The notes beneath the pieces were generated by a model. It was not told the DNA's origin. It searched no databases and was given only the letters and a program-made list of their open reading frames with translations. 64,000 nt of DNA from Callorhinchus milii (taxonomy: Eukaryota). Of the stretch, positions 60,999 through 64,000 are shown piece by piece (position 1 is the first letter of the stretch; each line of letters begins with the position of its first letter). The position numbers and the translations under genes are program-made. Where the stretch lies: contig NW_024704743.1 of assembly GCF_018977255.1 (NCBI RefSeq), positions 79,424,001 through 79,488,000 on the forward strand. Direction: 5' to 3'.

Positions 60999-62219
60999 AA
61001 CCTGTCCTCTCAACCAAACTTCTTGGTATAGAAATATTAAGGCTGAATTTGCTGTATTAACAGAATTCCTGAATAAGGGCTGAGTCACACAAATGGGAAC
61101 TCCTTCTAGTAACCGGAAGTATTCAAAGTAACTGATGGGAGCTGCACTCCAACTCAATCTTTTTCTGGAGCAGTGCTCCTGTGGTTAGACATTAATTTTA
61201 ATGATTGTGGTAGAAGGAGATCCCATTGTGAAACACGGTGGTGGCTGTGATGAATGTCAGAGACATCAGTCACTACTTCACAGTAAATCCTGTGTAGCGC
61301 TTTGGGATGTTCTTGCGATGTGAAAGGTGCTATACCAAATGCAAGGATTATTATTATTATAATAGTTCAAAGAAAATCACTGCAGCTTCAACAGATGTTT
61401 AAAATCACTTCCATTGGTCACAGGACAGGTTCGGACAAAGAAGGCCCTTTAGCCCATTTGATCTCATCCTTCGAGAATACTCACTCTATCATCCTTCTAT
61501 TATAGCATCAATGTGTTTCTTAAATAATAATCCTTGCATTTGATATAGTTCCTTCCACATTGGGACATAATCTCAAAGCGCTTCACAGGATTTACTATTA
61601 AGTTTAGTGACTGTGTATCATGTAGGAGGACGGGCAATCCCAGGCTGAATTGTTCATCCTTGCAATACACATCAGCCAAGAGACCACACACCACACTGAA
61701 GTCTCTGCTTCCAGGCAATTTCAATCTGAACCATATGCTCATAGCAGCCATCCCTGGAGCATATCTTTCAGAAAGAAACAAGGGCAGTGCTATAAAAATG
61801 GCTTTAGCCACACTTCGTTTTGTTAAGGATATGATTGGAACAAAGTTACCTGCTTCAAATGTATCATTCATAAAAACTCATAGTTAATACTTGGAACTAA
61901 ACTCTGGATGTTTCTGGGGACTAGATTTTTGTGTTAGCCTTGTTTGAGGCTTTTTTAAAGTGTGTTTTGAAATGAGTACATTCAGGAAGTTCTTTGCCAC
62001 AATTTTTTGCCTAAATTTAGTACACTACACAACAACAACAACAAATTACACTTGTATAGCTCCGTTCATGTCGGAAAGATGTCCCACAATACACATTACA
62101 TTTTAAATGGCACAGAATGGATCTTTGAAATGACACTTTGAAATAATGTTGCTATATGAAAAATATTTTCTCATTGCCTAAATTTGAATGATTACAATGT
62201 CAAAAGTATTTAGATCATC

Positions 62220-62435
62220 AAATATTGAACCGAGGTACTGTCTGCCTGTTCAGGTGGTGGTTAAAGATCCCATAGCACTACTGGTAACAGAAGGGAGATT
62301 CTCCTAGTATCTTAGCCAATAATCCCCCAGATAAAATTGATCATTCACTTCATGGCTGTTGGTGGGACATTCTTGTGTTCAAGTGGCTGCCACATCCAAA
62401 TGCAAGGATTATTATTATTGCATTATTATTATTAT
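62220..62435 (+). mobile_element. Deu-domain SINE fragment
   Basis: GAACCGAGGTACTGTCTGCCTGTTCAGGTGGTGGTTAAAGATCCCATAGCAC. Confidence 0.75.
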
Positions 62436-63337
62436 TATATTAAAATGCCTTTGAGAATTTGTCAGGAAAATTTGAAGTAATCTCATGTAATGAGATTGTT
62501 GAACCAAAAGAGGATTCATTTTTATATGATGTTAGCACAAACTAATGAAAATGAATGTCTCCATTAAATCCTGGAGTGGTCACGAGCATCCAGCGTGAAA
62601 AATCTCACAAACATCTGATTGGCAAAGAACTTAAATTTGGTCTTGGGAATTTGTGACTCTATTAAATCTGATGAATTAGACATGGTTAATACGAATCTCT
62701 TTGAACAGCAAGAGAGAATCAATCAAACAACTGCTGTGCTATTACTGTATGATCTCCTGTATATGTTTCACTATCATACATATTTTAATGCAGTCTAAAT
62801 ATAAGGGCAAATGGTTATGCACTGCAGCAATTTAAGAATTTACCAAAATGGCATGCACGAAATTTAGGATTGACATATATGATTTACACACCAGATTTTA
62901 TGACACATTATGTTTCGGTGAATTTCAAGCTGGTGGAGTTGAGGGACGTCAGTGATGGAAAATTGAATACTTTTGCTTATTTTTCTCACTGAGCGAGTTT
63001 GCATGTGATATTTGCAAACTGAATTAGATGAGTTCATTCTAACTGGACTGCCTATTGTTTGCACTTTGCCACTTTAGGATTTGTAATTCTCTGGCCAGTA
63101 ACATTTCCCCATTAATTTCACAATTTTTTAAGAGCAAAATACACAATTAATGTTGGTTTGTAAATATCGCAAATTAGTTACCAATGCCATCATGTACTCT
63201 TTGGGTAGTAATAGTCTGACTGCTCTTTAAGAGAATATTAAGGACACAGGTTTATGATCTCACAATAGATACCAATGCATTTGATCCACAGTCGACCATC
63301 GGGAAGAAGGTCGTGCAACTTCCTGATTGGTAACTAT

Positions 63338-63455
63338 TGGGCTGAAATCCCAGTCAGTATTATGCTTTGGTGTTGTTGACTGCTAACAGGACTTCACCAT
63401 TATACTAGTATTTCACAAAGAAGCTATGGCCATTGCCAACTGGATTTTCAGCCCA
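63338..63455. mobile_element. Small MITE-like element
   Basis: Terminal inverted repeats TGGGCTGAAATCCCAGT and ACTGGATTTTCAGCCCA (about 17 bp, near perfect). Confidence 0.5.
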
Positions 63456-63494
63456 TATATGCCTAATATGCCCTTTTATGCTGTCCTTCTGTGG

Positions 63495-63640
63495 AAATGT
63501 TAAACTGGGTCCTGTCTGCCTGTCCAGGGGGTTATTAAAGATCCTATGGCACTACTTGAAAAGAGAAGGGAATTTCCCCCAGTGTCCTGACCAATAACAT
63601 AATTGATTGTTCATTTCATAGCTGTTTGTGGGACAGCTCC
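63495..63640 (+). mobile_element. Deu-domain SINE fragment
   Basis: GTTAAACTGGGTCCTGTCTGCCTGTCCAGG..AAAGATCCTATGGCAC..GTGTCCTGACCAA. Confidence 0.75.
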
Positions 63641-64000
63641 GACAGCTGAATTCCCAACCTCAGACTTGGGAATAGGGTTGGCTAAGGCTGGGATTTAGCC
63701 ATTCTGGGGGTGGATTTGTGCAGGGACTTGCGATCCTGCTGTACAGAGGGTGGGAAGAAGCATGAGTTTTAACTCTAGCCAATGGTTTAAACGGAAAAAG
63801 TTGGAAACAAGTCAGACATTTGGTTATAGTATGCACACAATAAAGATACAGATTTGGAGTTGAAGATTTTCTGTGCATCTCATTGATTTTTCCTCCAGAA
63901 TTTCAGCCTCAATTTAGTTCAACTTTCATGTAATTATCCAACAAACGGATATGATGTGTTGCACTTTATGATATGGTAGGTATAAATTTTATTCACATAG

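Noticed and set aside
1..64000. A novel multi-gene system (defence island, operon, CRISPR-Cas)
   Set aside because: There are no intact genes or operon structure. All recognisable coding remnants are decayed transposable elements.

Overview
This is vertebrate nuclear DNA, not prokaryotic. The repeat content points to a cartilaginous fish, possibly a holocephalan, though that is inference. The window is repeat-dense intronic or intergenic sequence, and I can identify no host protein-coding gene. Nearly every ORF with recognisable homology is a retrotransposon fragment. Contents: (1) many 5'-truncated L2 LINEs with (TTG)n tails; (2) CR1 LINEs; (3) a tRNA-Ala-headed SINE family with an L2-type 3' stem-loop and (ATT)n tail, in long and short variants; (4) older Deu-domain SINEs; (5) LF-SINE-like and AmnSINE2-like relics; (6) a Penelope-like element (PLE) with a GIY-YIG remnant, a perfect 15-bp target-site duplication (TSD) and a decayed minimal hammerhead ribozyme, plus related short copies; (7) a very old Ty3/Gypsy pol relic; (8) a PIF/Harbinger transposase fragment and small MITE-like elements; (9) an interspersed repeat present three times that I cannot classify; (10) several nested insertions and local rearrangements. 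Repeat-free blocks carry candidate regulatory motifs and orphan splice sites. I see no convincing novel biological system. The best leads are the PLE/hammerhead elements, the unclassified repeat family, the modular SINE, and the inverted-plus-direct repeat structure at 6.5-7.5 kb. Repeat boundaries were read by eye and are approximate (about +/-20 bp unless a TSD is given). Family names come from remembered consensus motifs, not from a database search.
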